Notes: generated by a model not told the origin, from the letters alone. A stretch of DNA of 64,000 bases from Coleofasciculus sp. B1-GNL1-01 (GCA_040220235.1 JAVJTO010000081.1), one strand, 5' to 3'; positions 1 to 10,502 are shown, numbered from the stretch's first letter. Translations and numbers: made by a program.

Positions 1-139
1 GTCTGGCACTTGGGTTAAGGCTTCCAGGAGATTGACCTTCATAGCAAGCAAATGACTCGATTAAACTATGGCTGCAAGATTTAGTTTACGCTAAATTCTG
101 GTCGTCCTAATTTTCTCTCATCACAATGAATTAGCCCTG
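1..139 (-). mobile_element. Left end of an ISAs1-family-like IS; transposase start at 42 (MKVNLLEALTQVPD...) runs off the window
   Basis: Minus strand begins CAGGGCTAATTCATT at 139 (CAGGG-type end). ATG at 42 gives MKVNLLEALTQVPD, resembling cyanobacterial ISAs1/H-repeat transposase N-termini. Only 14 codons are visible. Confidence 0.55.
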
Positions 140-247
140 CTACAAGAGGGGGGAGGACAGAGGATGCTTCGCTTTTTTGGCATGGGGGATTAAGGGGGGT
201 TAAGATTAAAATGACGAGATTCAAAGTATTATAGGCACGTTAGCAAC

Positions 248-320
248 ATGGTGCGTTACGGCGCAGTTATGGGTTGAGATAATCAACGTTAATTCTCCAA
301 TGCGCCTAACGCACCCTACG
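248..320. repeat. GTAG REP-like doublet (GGTGCGTTA...TAACGCACCCTAC)
   Basis: Inverted arms; related copies at 2620-2640 and 52310-52342. Confidence 0.7.
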
Positions 321-323
321 GGG

Positions 324-2537
324 TTAAACCACGTTAAACGTAATCGAAAGCGCTGCCATTTGTGAGGTGCGAATCCGCCGCCTCACTCCCACTTGGGCGC
401 CTCGACTAACATCATCAACTAAATCATTAATTATCTCCAATGAATCTTCTCCCCGCGTCGAAATTATCCCCTTTTTCCCTCTGGCAAGGGTACGCAGTTT
501 GAGTAAGGCTTTGGTAAAGGGTTGATCACTGGCGACAATTAAGACTTCACCCAACCCCGCCTCTTCTGCAATAAAGACAAATTCATCTTTATTCGGATTC
601 GGAATTAATAGGGTTTGATTCGGTTTAATCCGGGTGGCATTATCCGGATCTTGCCGTGAAGTTTCCTGCAATTCATTAGGAAATAAAACTGTAATTCCAG
701 CAGTTGGGTCAACCAGCATAATTCCCAAATGTAAATCCTTCTCTTCCCGATTCGTAACTTTAAACTGAAACGCATCTCCCACCGATAATTGATGACTCAA
801 GAGTTGCCCAGATTCCCCTCGACTCCCTAACGGCGGACATTTGCTGTCATCTTGACGACACCCCCGTGGTGTAAAGGCTTGGGCAACAATTTCGGGACGA
901 TTTTCTAAACCCATTGTCACCTCTAAATTCAGTCGTGAGGATTCAGCATTGAGTGTCATTCGCATAATTCGCGCCGCTAATAGGGATTTAAGTTTACCCT
1001 GTAACCGTTCAATTCCTTGAGTCAACGTTTCTCCCGGTATGCCAAAGGAATCGGGAATCACGTCTAAAGTAGGAGAAAATAAGCCTAAACTATCCACAGG
1101 TGGTATTTTATCCGGTGTTTCTGATGACAATTGCTGCTGATACTCATCAGTCATCCGACTGAGAATATAATGCACATCTACCGGATAGGGAAATGTTCCC
1201 GGTTGGGGAAGAATCGGTTGAATCCGTTGTCGGGATTCTAGTTCAGTTTGGGCTGTTTCTGTCTCCTGACTTAACGACGGATCAAGTCCAATATGGAGTT
1301 TCCAATCCCTGGGAATCGTGCGGGAAAATTCCTGTAATAATTCTCCCGGTTGGACGTTTCCTTCGACTTGGGCTTCAGCAATTAACCCATTGCGTGAGAT
1401 TAATTCAACTTTGGGCGTTTCGCCGCGACTGCGGAATGGGGGGGTAAAAATAGACCCTTCAGAAATCGCTTCTAAACTCTCTTGGGAAATACCCCCTAAC
1501 CAAACTTGTACCCGATTATTTTCAACGCTTGTCACCACACCTTCGGCGGGAAGGGTTTTGGGTTCTGTGAAATAAATCGGTTCTCGGTAATGGCGACTAT
1601 TCGGCGGAACCTCTACCAAGGGGATTTGGGTAGACAGGAATCGCATATCCCGTTCAATTCCCGCGATCGCACTTTCCACATCATGGTTATTCTGCCATAA
1701 TGTTTGGGTGAGTAGATAGGTAAAGGCTCCCGCATAAAACCCAGAAAAGGGATAATCCGCCGCGATTTGTTCCCGTTGGGCTGAGGCAATTACCGCGCCA
1801 GTGGCGACGCCTTGCTGATAGGATTGGATAAAATCCTCACGGGATAGATTCAGCCGTTTTAGCCATTGTTGTTGATACTCGACTTCTTCCGGACTCATCC
1901 GAAAATCCATCCCCCCAGGAATCGCCCGGATTTTAACATTTCCCCGGGTTCCGCCCCCCGAATGACAACTATCCAGCACCACGGTAACATTGTCAGTTTT
2001 CTGCTTCAGGGCGAACATGAGTAAAAATAGGGTATGTCCGGTAATTTCATTGACAATACCGTCCTCAGCTTGCCAATGTTCATCCGCAGGAACAAGGGAA
2101 CTATTCAGGGGATAAGTCGGATCAATGGGATTAGGATCAAAGACTTGTGAACCATGTCCCGAAAAATGAAACACTACCACATCTCCGGGTTTGGCTTGCT
2201 GAATTAAATGGGTTTCAAAGGCGGTTAAAATGCCATCACGAGTCGCCTCGGTATCCGTAACCGTCTTGATATCCTCTGGCTGGAAGCCGAAGCGATGAAT
2301 CAGGAGTTGTTCCTGTAAGCGAACATCATTGACGCATCCAGAGAGGCTAGTAAAGCGATCGCTATTGGTAGGATACTGATTAATCCCCACTAACAGGGCG
2401 AGTTTGCGGGGAGTGCTTTGGGCTAAGACTTTACCATAACGTAAGGATTGGCGCTGTAAATCTAAGTGGCTTAAGCCGACGGTTGCTAAAGCCGATGTAG
2501 CCAATTGGATAAACTGACGACGCTTCATAGATGTCAT
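324..2537 (-). CDS. Caspase-family (peptidase C14) protein with Tat-like signal and C-terminal DUF4384-like domain
   Basis: KLALLVGINQY, FHFSGHGS (catalytic His) and LDSCHSG (catalytic Cys); N-terminal KRRQFI twin-arginine motif followed by a hydrophobic stretch. Confidence 0.85.
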   Translation of the reverse strand: MTSMKRRQFIQLATSALATVGLSHLDLQRQSLRYGKVLAQSTPRKLALLVGINQYPTNSDRFTSLSGCVNDVRLQEQLLIHRFGFQPEDIKTVTDTEATRDGILTAFETHLIQQAKPGDVVVFHFSGHGSQVFDPNPIDPTYPLNSSLVPADEHWQAEDGIVNEITGHTLFLLMFALKQKTDNVTVVLDSCHSGGGTRGNVKIRAIPGGMDFRMSPEEVEYQQQWLKRLNLSREDFIQSYQQGVATGAVIASAQREQIAADYPFSGFYAGAFTYLLTQTLWQNNHDVESAIAGIERDMRFLSTQIPLVEVPPNSRHYREPIYFTEPKTLPAEGVVTSVENNRVQVWLGGISQESLEAISEGSIFTPPFRSRGETPKVELISRNGLIAEAQVEGNVQPGELLQEFSRTIPRDWKLHIGLDPSLSQETETAQTELESRQRIQPILPQPGTFPYPVDVHYILSRMTDEYQQQLSSETPDKIPPVDSLGLFSPTLDVIPDSFGIPGETLTQGIERLQGKLKSLLAARIMRMTLNAESSRLNLEVTMGLENRPEIVAQAFTPRGCRQDDSKCPPLGSRGESGQLLSHQLSVGDAFQFKVTNREEKDLHLGIMLVDPTAGITVLFPNELQETSRQDPDNATRIKPNQTLLIPNPNKDEFVFIAEEAGLGEVLIVASDQPFTKALLKLRTLARGKKGIISTRGEDSLEIINDLVDDVSRGAQVGVRRRIRTSQMAALSITFNVV

Positions 2538-2754
2538 AAATTTATGATCATAGCGATATATCTCTCAAGCTGAGAGACTCATGCAGAATGATGTTGGGGG
2601 ACAATACAAGTTAACCTGACAATGCGCCTAACGTACCCTATAACGATGAATTAGATAACCGATTGAAGATGTCCCAGGATTGACGTGGGACGATAAAACT
2701 TGTAAGATTTCTAGCGTGGCACAGCTTAAACAGTGGAATCAATTGTAGGTTATT

Positions 2755-3681
2755 TTGACGTCAGGAAATCTCAGGAAATATAGGCTAAAGCCCTTACTAC
2801 GAACCCAACTCTGCGCTTGGTCTTTGGGTATCGTTTGCTTCTGTACTCCCCCGGCTGGCGCTCAAATGCCTTATCTGCTGGCACAGGCGAATAATCAACC
2901 TGTTGAGATGCAGTTTGAAGCATCTCCAGAAACGATTATTCAGGAATTGGTTAAAGCCGATGTCGTTTATCTAGGGGAAATTCATAGTAATCCTGATGAC
3001 CATAAAGCCCAACTCGACATTCTACAAGCCCTTTACCAAGAAAATCCCAAAATTGTCCTGGCGATGGAAATGTTTCAGCATCCCTATCAGGATATTCTGG
3101 ATCAATATTTAGCTGGACACCTGACAGAAACTCAATTAATTGAACAAACGGACTATGAACAACGCTGGGGATTTCCCTGGGAGTATTATGCCCCCCTATT
3201 ACAGTTTGCTCAAACCCATCAACTACCTGTTTTAGCACTAAATACCCCCACGGAAATTAGCCGCAAAGTTGCCCGGAATGGCTTAGAAAGTCTCACCCGT
3301 GACGAACTTCAACAGATTCCCCCCCTGGACGAAATTCGTACCGATAACGCTGACTATCGGCAAATGGTTGAAGCGGTTTATAATCAGCATCAACAGGCAG
3401 GTCATGGTAATAGCGATCGCTTTGAGCGATTTTTCACGGTTCAGGTGCTATGGGATGAAACCATGGCAGACGGGATTGCTAATTTTCTCACCGCTAATCC
3501 AGATTATCAAGTCGTCGTGATTGCGGGTAGGGGTCATATTGTCTATGGCTATGGTATACCTAGCCGAGTCGCCCGTCGTCTGAGTTATCGTCCCTTAATT
3601 CAGCGTTCGGTGTTGTTCGGTATGCCGGAAGGGTTGGAAAAAAATAGTGCGATCGCAGATTTCTTTTGGCAACCTCGCTAA
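2755..3681 (+). CDS. ChaN-family (heme/iron-regulated, DUF399-like) protein
   Basis: DVVYLGEIH...H, LAMEMF, WDETMA and VIAGRGHIVYGYGIP motifs; N-terminal signal-like segment. Confidence 0.8.
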   Translation: MTSGNLRKYRLKPLLRTQLCAWSLGIVCFCTPPAGAQMPYLLAQANNQPVEMQFEASPETIIQELVKADVVYLGEIHSNPDDHKAQLDILQALYQENPKIVLAMEMFQHPYQDILDQYLAGHLTETQLIEQTDYEQRWGFPWEYYAPLLQFAQTHQLPVLALNTPTEISRKVARNGLESLTRDELQQIPPLDEIRTDNADYRQMVEAVYNQHQQAGHGNSDRFERFFTVQVLWDETMADGIANFLTANPDYQVVVIAGRGHIVYGYGIPSRVARRLSYRPLIQRSVLFGMPEGLEKNSAIADFFWQPR

Positions 3682-3710
3682 TATGATTTAAGAAGCACGT
3701 TGCTGTTGAT

Positions 3711-4196
3711 ATGCAATACCTACCCGATTTAACCAACCGTTTGCACTATCAAGGGATTTACCCCTGTCCCATCTGTCGTGTGGGTCAAATTCAAGGGATG
3801 CCATTAATGGATGCGATGGCTTGTGAAGCCTGTCGTCATATTTTCGTGGCTGACTTGGAACAGCAATTATTGAAAATGACCGATAGACAGCCTCCCCTTA
3901 CCTGGCGTTGGAATGGCAAAAACTGGGTGGGGGCGCACCTCCAAGGCGTTGAATGGGGATGGATGACTTGGATTTTTGCAGCGGCGTTTGTGATACTACC
4001 CACCACGTTAATTGGCGTAGCTGCCTACACCTTCCCGCCAACGCCCGGTAGTCGCTTGGCTTGGCTACCCCTGGCTTGGACAGGATTAACGTTTTTATTC
4101 CATTTTGCCGTGATTGTCTGGCTATTAATGGAGTTTTATCAGTTTCCCCTGCGAGTCTATTTGCGAACTCGGCGGCGGCGTTTGCTGAGGCGTTAA
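3711..4196 (+). CDS. Conserved membrane protein with N-terminal zinc ribbon
   Basis: CPIC...CEAC motif followed by two hydrophobic helices. Confidence 0.7.
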   Translation: MQYLPDLTNRLHYQGIYPCPICRVGQIQGMPLMDAMACEACRHIFVADLEQQLLKMTDRQPPLTWRWNGKNWVGAHLQGVEWGWMTWIFAAAFVILPTTLIGVAAYTFPPTPGSRLAWLPLAWTGLTFLFHFAVIVWLLMEFYQFPLRVYLRTRRRRLLRR

Positions 4197-4257
4197 TCAA
4201 AAGGCAGAGGGCAAAGGGCAGAAGACAGAAAGTTGCAGCCAAATATGATAGGAATGG

Positions 4258-4497
4258 TCAATTGTAGGGGCGGGTTTAGGCACAATTGTAGGGGCGGGTT
4301 TAGGGACTCAATTCAGCTAGTCACCGATAAGTGAACAACAAAACCCGCCCTTTCCACCAATAACGGAACAACAAAACCCGCCCTTTCCACCAATAACGGA
4401 ACAACAAAACCCGCCCTTTCCACCAATAACGGAACAACAAAACCCGCCCTTTCCACCAATAACGGAACAACAAAACCCGCCCTTTCCCACCAATAAT
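4258..4497. repeat. REP-derived tandem array: two GTAGGGGCGGGTTTAGG arms, then five 33-bp units (AACAACAAAACCCGCCCTTTCCACCAATAACGG)
   Basis: Directly visible; units are contiguous with no unique spacers. Confidence 0.9.
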
Positions 4498-4503
4498 TAC
4501 CGA

Positions 4504-4992
4504 TTAATTCAACATACTCCGCAGCATCCAAGCGGTTTTCTCATGAGTCCGCATCCGTTCAGTTAACAAGTCAACGGAAGACTCATCATTCGCCCGTTCA
4601 GCCGCCGGAAACGCTTCCCGCGCCGTTCTTACCACAGCTTCATTTGCTTCTACCAGTAAACGTACCATTTCTGAGGCTTCCGGAACCCCACGGGTTTCTG
4701 GAATCGAAGAGAGTTCGGCAAATTCGCTATAACTACCCGGCGCTGGATAGCCAATGGTACGAATCCGTTCGGCAATATCATCCACTGCTACCGCTAATTC
4801 AGTGTACTCGGTCTCAAACATATTATGTAGCGAGTGGAACATCGGTCCGGTGACGTTCCAGTGGAAGTAGTGTGTCTTTAGGTAAAGGGTATAGGTGTCT
4901 GCTAGCAGGCGAGACAATCCTTCGGCAATCTCTTTGCGGTCTTGTTCTGAAATACCAATATTGACGGGCGCAGATTTATCAGCAGTTTGCAT
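4504..4992 (-). CDS. dps: Dps family DNA-protection ferritin-like protein
   Basis: LYLKTHYFHWNVTG, HNMFE, DDIAERI and HEKTAWML motifs. Confidence 0.95.
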   Translation of the reverse strand: MQTADKSAPVNIGISEQDRKEIAEGLSRLLADTYTLYLKTHYFHWNVTGPMFHSLHNMFETEYTELAVAVDDIAERIRTIGYPAPGSYSEFAELSSIPETRGVPEASEMVRLLVEANEAVVRTAREAFPAAERANDESSVDLLTERMRTHEKTAWMLRSMLN

Positions 4993-5205
4993 AGTGGTCT
5001 CCTAATTTGCTCCAAAAATAATGTTAACAGAAAAGCTGGTATAGTTCCTTATTTCACCGAGTTTCACGGAAATAAGATGTGAATTCCGTAATTAAAGTAT
5101 CTACAAGTCCTTTTCGCACACCAACTATCAATCTTAAACAATTAGCGATCGCTTACAAATCATCCTAAAGTATGAACTATTTTCGCCTAATAAAAATGAG
5201 GCTTC

Positions 5206-5469
5206 TCAGGCTAAATGTCGCATCAAGACAGCACGAGGGGCGCGGCGAACCCGGCATTTAATCGTTTCTTTACCTAGGCGCTGATGTGCCTCAAATCGAT
5301 GACACCCAGAGAATCCGTAATACTCTCCATCAACTTCGAGTACATCTATGGGTTCTCTTAATCCCTCTTCTTGGATGGACTTCATCAACTCCAGCACCTT
5401 ATTGGCGTCGTTTTCTCGGGGAAGGGGACGGCGGATTTGCTGTAGCGGAATTTCTCGAACTTCTACCAT
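5206..5469 (-). CDS. srxA: Sulfiredoxin (ParB-like fold)
   Basis: PIDVL...YYGFSGCHRFEA signature; likely start MVEVRE at 5469. Confidence 0.85.
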   Translation of the reverse strand: MVEVREIPLQQIRRPLPRENDANKVLELMKSIQEEGLREPIDVLEVDGEYYGFSGCHRFEAHQRLGKETIKCRVRRAPRAVLMRHLA

Positions 5470-5562
5470 AGTGCCAAGTAACACCTCTGTCTCTTAATGT
5501 TTACCTCTAAATCATACTCGTTATGAGTTTGACTTGCAACTTGAGGATAAGGGAAGGGATAT

Positions 5563-5624
5563 GGGGCGGGTTTAGTCGTATCTGGGTGAGGAAAGAAACG
5601 ATAATAGTCAAACCCGCCCCTACA
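5563..5624. repeat. GTAG REP-like doublet (GGGGCGGGTTT...AAACCCGCCCCTAC)
   Basis: Inverted arms; same family at 4264, 17828-17888 and 60943-61003. Confidence 0.75.
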
Positions 5625-5701
5625 CACGCACCAGGCTTTCTTGATTGAAGCGATAAAAGGGTCAAAACATTCCCTGTTCCCCGTTCCCTAACATAAGACA
5701 A

Positions 5702-8383
5702 TTATTTTTGAATCCGAGACAGATCCATATTGCCAAAATTGACAAAAAAGGCAACATTAAGATTTTCTAGAGATTGAACCAACCAAAAAATATTATTAAT
5801 TGTTTGACATTCGTAGTGATTGAACAAAATTGACAATCGCTTTTCTAAATCCGGTTTAACCTTGCCACATAGCAGAATGATTTTCAGCAATAATCCTGTG
5901 GTACGAATCGACCCCATATTAGAAATTAAATCAATAAAGACGTAGTGATTGGGATGCTGAGGACTGCTGACTAAGAAACTCAGTAATTGACTACAGGTTC
6001 TCAGCAATAAAAAATCGTTTATTTTCTTAGAATCGCTATCCGGCAAGGTGTTTTTGAGATGTTGCGCTAAACGCTGATTGAATTGATGTTTACCATAGGT
6101 GGGTTCAATTGCTGCTATTAAGTATTCATATAAATCAGCTTTAAAAGCACGATAAGAGCGCGTTTGATTACTTTGCTTGAGAAAACGTTGGGCTAAGTCT
6201 CGGTACGTGTAAGATCCTTCAACTTTACCCATAAACTGCTTCAGGGCGAAGTAGAGTTCGCGATCGCTTAACAGAGTCGGATTGGGTACAGGTTGAACCA
6301 GAGTGGTGTCTGCGGTGGGGGTTTTACTGGACGCCAGTCGCACTCGCCGGATTAGATAGGTGACATATTGCGAGAGGTTCATTTCTAATTGCCACTGACG
6401 TTGAGTTTGAATGTGGCGGATAGTTTGCTGATGTTCGTAGGAACTATCGGAACTTAGTAAGGCGTGGGTGTATAAATAAGGGTATCGACAAATCAATTGT
6501 CCTAACGCGGGATTGGAGTCTTGGCGATCCACATCGGTGGTGTGATCAACAACTTTGACCAAGCGTTTTAGGGTTTGAAAGTCTTCACTTTGAGTAAATA
6601 CTTGCAAGAGTTGTCGCAATCGCTTGGATAGTCCCGATGTCGCCTTAATTGTCCCCAGTTGAAAGGGTTTTTCAAATAGTGCCACCAATTGCGCGATCGC
6701 CTGATCGTGGTTGCCTTGCATTTGCCATCGATTAATCAAGATATGGCAGCACCGATTGAGAATATGGGTAAAGTCTTGATGACGGGGATTAGCGAGGATA
6801 ATTCGGTGGAAGGCGGCGATAATATCGGGTTCGGCGTAGTTTTTCGCGGTAATAAAGAGTTGTTCAAATCGTTCAATGAGTTGCTGGGGGGATTCTCGTT
6901 GTACCCAATAGAGTAAATGATCATATAATATCTGCTCGTCGGCACTCAAGGAACGCGGCGGAGACGTTGGTAAGAAGTCTGGAGGGGTAGGTTGTGGAGA
7001 GGGTTTTCTTGTCGATGTTGTATCTAATTGTTTCTGGGGGTTGGGGTTTCCTCGATAAGAACCAGCGATAATCTGCTGACGACTCGCATTCAGGAACTGG
7101 TAGTCCTTTTGATTTAAGCGTTTCCCTTTTGCCCAAATTAAGGCTTGTTGTAATTGATTTCGGTTCAACAAATAAGACGTATCCTGACACCCACTGAAAA
7201 ACCAAGCCGCCATCGCCGAGTGATACGGGCGCAGATTATTCAGGGCGTTGGTTACCCAATCCCGATTAAAGATAGAGGCGTAGATGCGGTTATAGACTTT
7301 CAAAACAGGCTGGGCGTAGATTTCCCCAATTGGCTGTTTCACTACCAATCCCGATAGGCGCAATTCTCGTTGTTCTGGACTATTATCGGCAGGAATTTCT
7401 CCGCGATCGAGAATTTGCTGGTAGAGTGTTAAAAGTTGACGGGTACTGGCACAGTTAGGTAATAGGCGATCGCGAATGGTTTTCAGGTGTTCCGGTTCAT
7501 CCTTGGCTTCCCAGTTGTCAATGATGTGCGATCGCACCAACTGTTCAATCCACACGCTAATTTGGGATTTATCTTGGGGAATCTTTGTGGGTAACCAGAG
7601 TTCAGCTTGATGCAGGACAATCTGACACAGCTTTTGGGTGAGAAAGGGTTTACCCCCTGTCCAAGTTAATATTTCCTGGATAATGGCGGGAGAATAGTTA
7701 ACGTGGGTGGCTAATCCTTGGGCTAAGGGTAAACATTCATTTAATTGAAAGCCTGTCAGTTCAATTGCCCGACCAATGTTAAACGGGGTGCTATGTTTAT
7801 CTTGAATTAACTCTGAGGGAGTCGCGACACCCAACAGGGCAAATGTGAGGCGTTGGTAGGCGGGATGATCGGCACGACTATCATAACAGCCACGAATCAC
7901 CGCTAAAAAGTCATCGACGCGAAAGTTTAAGTTGAGAACCGTATCAATTTCATCAATAAAAATAACAATTGGTTGCGGAATCGCCGGAAGGAGGATACGT
8001 TCAATAAACTCACTGAAGCGTTGTACGGGCGAAAGTAAATCGCGATCGCGCCACCATCGACGCAAGTTAAATTGTTGGGTCAGATTGAAACTAATCACCA
8101 AACGACGGACTAAACCAGCATACCATTGCTCTGGCGTGAGATTTTGGCAACCAATCTTGGTTAAATCAATCGCCGCACAAGCAAATCCTTCCGCTTGTAA
8201 GCGGCGCATGGTTTGCACCCGCAAGCTAGATTTCCCCATCTGTCGGGAGTTGAGGACATAGCAGAAATCCCCTGCCCTTAACCCGTTGTAGAGTTCAACA
8301 TCTGCCTGTCGCCACACATAAGTGGGGGAATCGGCGGGTAGGCATCCGCCAAATTGGTAGTTATAGGCTAAGGTGGTAGTCAT
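5702..8383 (-). CDS. AAA-like (AAA_35-type) ATPase fused to a large helical C-terminal domain of unknown function
   Basis: [23 protein letters not shown] (Walker A), IFIDEID (Walker B), TPFNIG. Start is either 8383 or 8410. Confidence 0.8.
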   Translation of the reverse strand: MTTTLAYNYQFGGCLPADSPTYVWRQADVELYNGLRAGDFCYVLNSRQMGKSSLRVQTMRRLQAEGFACAAIDLTKIGCQNLTPEQWYAGLVRRLVISFNLTQQFNLRRWWRDRDLLSPVQRFSEFIERILLPAIPQPIVIFIDEIDTVLNLNFRVDDFLAVIRGCYDSRADHPAYQRLTFALLGVATPSELIQDKHSTPFNIGRAIELTGFQLNECLPLAQGLATHVNYSPAIIQEILTWTGGKPFLTQKLCQIVLHQAELWLPTKIPQDKSQISVWIEQLVRSHIIDNWEAKDEPEHLKTIRDRLLPNCASTRQLLTLYQQILDRGEIPADNSPEQRELRLSGLVVKQPIGEIYAQPVLKVYNRIYASIFNRDWVTNALNNLRPYHSAMAAWFFSGCQDTSYLLNRNQLQQALIWAKGKRLNQKDYQFLNASRQQIIAGSYRGNPNPQKQLDTTSTRKPSPQPTPPDFLPTSPPRSLSADEQILYDHLLYWVQRESPQQLIERFEQLFITAKNYAEPDIIAAFHRIILANPRHQDFTHILNRCCHILINRWQMQGNHDQAIAQLVALFEKPFQLGTIKATSGLSKRLRQLLQVFTQSEDFQTLKRLVKVVDHTTDVDRQDSNPALGQLICRYPYLYTHALLSSDSSYEHQQTIRHIQTQRQWQLEMNLSQYVTYLIRRVRLASSKTPTADTTLVQPVPNPTLLSDRELYFALKQFMGKVEGSYTYRDLAQRFLKQSNQTRSYRAFKADLYEYLIAAIEPTYGKHQFNQRLAQHLKNTLPDSDSKKINDFLLLRTCSQLLSFLVSSPQHPNHYVFIDLISNMGSIRTTGLLLKIILLCGKVKPDLEKRLSILFNHYECQTINNIFWLVQSLENLNVAFFVNFGNMDLSRIQK

Positions 8384-8617
8384 ATTCAATACCCTGACGA
8401 AACGCTGCATCGGTAGGAGACCGAGTAGAGCGAAGTAATAAAAAAAAGGGGTTACACCCCTCAGCGTAAACTATTTTTAAGTCGTTATAATAACCTTTTC
8501 CAAGTCTTGCTGACAATATTCCATGCTAGATTCACTTGAACCACCCTACTGCTCGGATAAGCTTGAATTAAATTTTTTCTCCCCCAGCTTCTCCCGCTTC
8601 CCCGGTCAAGTATTCCT

Positions 8618-8684
8618 AGAAACCGGGTTTCTCGTGAGAATGACAATACAATATCAACCTTTGACCCAAAGAAACCCGGTTTCT
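8618..8684. repeat. Palindromic repeat pair AGAAACCGGGTTTCT / AGAAACCCGGTTTCT
   Basis: Visible inverted arms just downstream of the 8696..9307 gene. Confidence 0.65.
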
Positions 8685-8695
8685 TGACCGATGTC

Positions 8696-9307
8696 CTAGT
8701 AACCCGATGTACTCACTGTCGGGATTTCGCCTACCTTCTGAGTTCCTTGCGCTATGATTTCTTTCATCGCATTTACCCAGCAACTATGTCTGTCTGTGGC
8801 AACGATAAATTTGTCGGCAAGTTGCTCTCCTTCCTTTATCGTAAATTCAACATTTTCCGAATCATCACGTCTGATTTTCCAGATATAATCCCCCATTAGA
8901 AATGTACGGTGAAAATCTTTTTCCAAAAACGCCGAAACAATATGATTTCCCATTCTGAATGCTTCTGATACAGGAATATCTATCGTCACAAGTAACTTAA
9001 AGTCTTGCCATCGATAGCTATTCATAGCCGCTACCCAAAATACAATCAATCCATCGCTGGCAAACTCAATTTTGAGAGCGGATTCGTGCGAGTTTACCTC
9101 TTTGGCTAGATTAAACGCTGCCGTTGAAAATAAGTTCGCGTCTTTCCATTCTCGCCAACATGACCGATGTACAAACCTTCTTGCTAACTGTGCCAGGGAG
9201 CTTGAGACCTTTGGATGAATATAAGGGAGTTGTGCTGCATCATAACGATTATCAATTACCTGATCGCAGATCGCACATTTTGTTACATTTTGAATAAAAA
9301 ATGGCAT
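8696..9307 (-). CDS. Hypothetical protein, putative immunity protein (CxxC...HxxC)
   Basis: 203-aa ORF with GAGGA RBS; lies 13 bp downstream of a toxin-like ORF. Confidence 0.55.
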   Translation of the reverse strand: MPFFIQNVTKCAICDQVIDNRYDAAQLPYIHPKVSSSLAQLARRFVHRSCWREWKDANLFSTAAFNLAKEVNSHESALKIEFASDGLIVFWVAAMNSYRWQDFKLLVTIDIPVSEAFRMGNHIVSAFLEKDFHRTFLMGDYIWKIRRDDSENVEFTIKEGEQLADKFIVATDRHSCWVNAMKEIIAQGTQKVGEIPTVSTSGY

Positions 9308-9319
9308 AGTTCCATCCTC

Positions 9320-9643
9320 TTAAGTTTCTGGTTTGACCCATCCACTGTACTTAAGTTCCCTGACGATTCTTGCCACACTACATGAAGGTGTATCCCTGGT
9401 GAAACGGTAGACTGTTCCATCAACTGTGACCATATAGCTGTAACGTTGATTCAAGTACACTAAAGCGTTTACATCATCCTCAGAGATGAATTTTGCCATT
9501 CCAGTGCCATGATCATCAGGGTGTGAGTGCATTAGTAGTATTTTAGTGTTAGGTGGTAGCTCTCCTCCTTTGTAAGAACCCATATTAATCATGTCGTATG
9601 CGGACGAATTCTGAGGGATTCTCTGCAACACCCGATGCAACAC
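9320..9643 (-). CDS. Orphan JAB/MPN-like toxin C-terminal fragment
   Basis: MHSHP...SEDD fits HxH-x(n)-SxxD; no delivery domain upstream; start uncertain. Confidence 0.45.
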   Translation of the reverse strand: MLHRVLQRIPQNSSAYDMINMGSYKGGELPPNTKILLMHSHPDDHGTGMAKFISEDDVNALVYLNQRYSYMVTVDGTVYRFTRDTPSCSVARIVRELKYSGWVKPET

Positions 9644-10202
9644 GAACTCCTTTTTTACCTACCTGGCTATAGGTAAAAGCCCTTTTTATCATAGATTATC
9701 TCCTGTCTAGAGATTGTGTACTAATTTACTTGTACAGGAGATATGGAAGCAATTATTGTGTATGATCACGTACCTCACATAAATTGGTGGAGGCAAAAGT
9801 GATTTCGGTTGTTTAATCGGGGTCTTTTCGTGACTTGCGATCGCACTCGTGCTAAGTTAATCCTCAATCCACCACAGCAATACCCGACGAAATTCTCCCC
9901 CCTGTGTCGCTAAAGCTCAAACTTCGCCGTTGGTTTGCATCTGATGAACTTTATCGGCTAATTCCTGGGTTCGCTTTCTAATGAACACTTCGCCTAAATG
10001 GTAACATTTCAAGATTCGTTACAGTTGCCTCTTCTGTTTAAGCAAGGCTTGACACGCTTAAGCGCATTTAGATACGTTTAAGTTCAAGGCAAATAGTCGT
10101 GTTCTCAAGGACTAGGTAAATCTTTGAACCCGTTTTAACGGGTTTAAGCTTTTAGCCCGAACTTTAGTTCAGGGCTTTCTTTAGTTCAGGGCTTTCAGGG
10201 CT

Positions 10203-10502
10203 TCATTCTAAAACATCATCAGATTGCGATCGCGGATTGTCTTTAGCCGAAACTTGCATCGGACCAAATTCATCTGGCAAATCCTCAATCGAGACGCCCA
10301 ACTCCCGACATAACGCTTTGACTTGGGGAATCGTCGGTCGAGGAGTCGCCTCACCTGTCTCCCATCGCACATAGGTTCGCAACGGAATGCGACACTGTCT
10401 AGCTAACTCCTCTTGAGTTAAATTTAGTCGTTCTCTGAGTATCTTTAATGGAGATTCAGCTTCTTTTGACTGTTTTTTGGTCATAGCGTTGCTTTTTGTC
10501 AC
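10203..10502 (-). CDS. XRE-family helix-turn-helix regulator
   Basis: LRERLNLTQEELARQCRIPLRTYVRWETGEATP. Confidence 0.9.
   Translation of the reverse strand: MTKSNAMTKKQSKEAESPLKILRERLNLTQEELARQCRIPLRTYVRWETGEATPRPTIPQVKALCRELGVSIEDLPDEFGPMQVSAKDNPRSQSDDVLE

Noticed and set aside
4332..4497. CRISPR array
   Set aside because: The 33-bp units are contiguous and identical with no unique spacers, and there are no cas genes nearby.
4313..4531. 72-aa ORF with ERAGFVVPLLV repeats
   Set aside because: It is a translation of the tandem repeat and overlaps dps.
9760..9773. NtcA site GTA-N8-TAC
   Set aside because: The short motif can occur by chance, and no suitably placed -10 or nitrogen gene was seen.
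9780..10020. Gene remnant between the toxin-like ORF and the XRE gene
   Set aside because: Multiple stops and no recognisable family.
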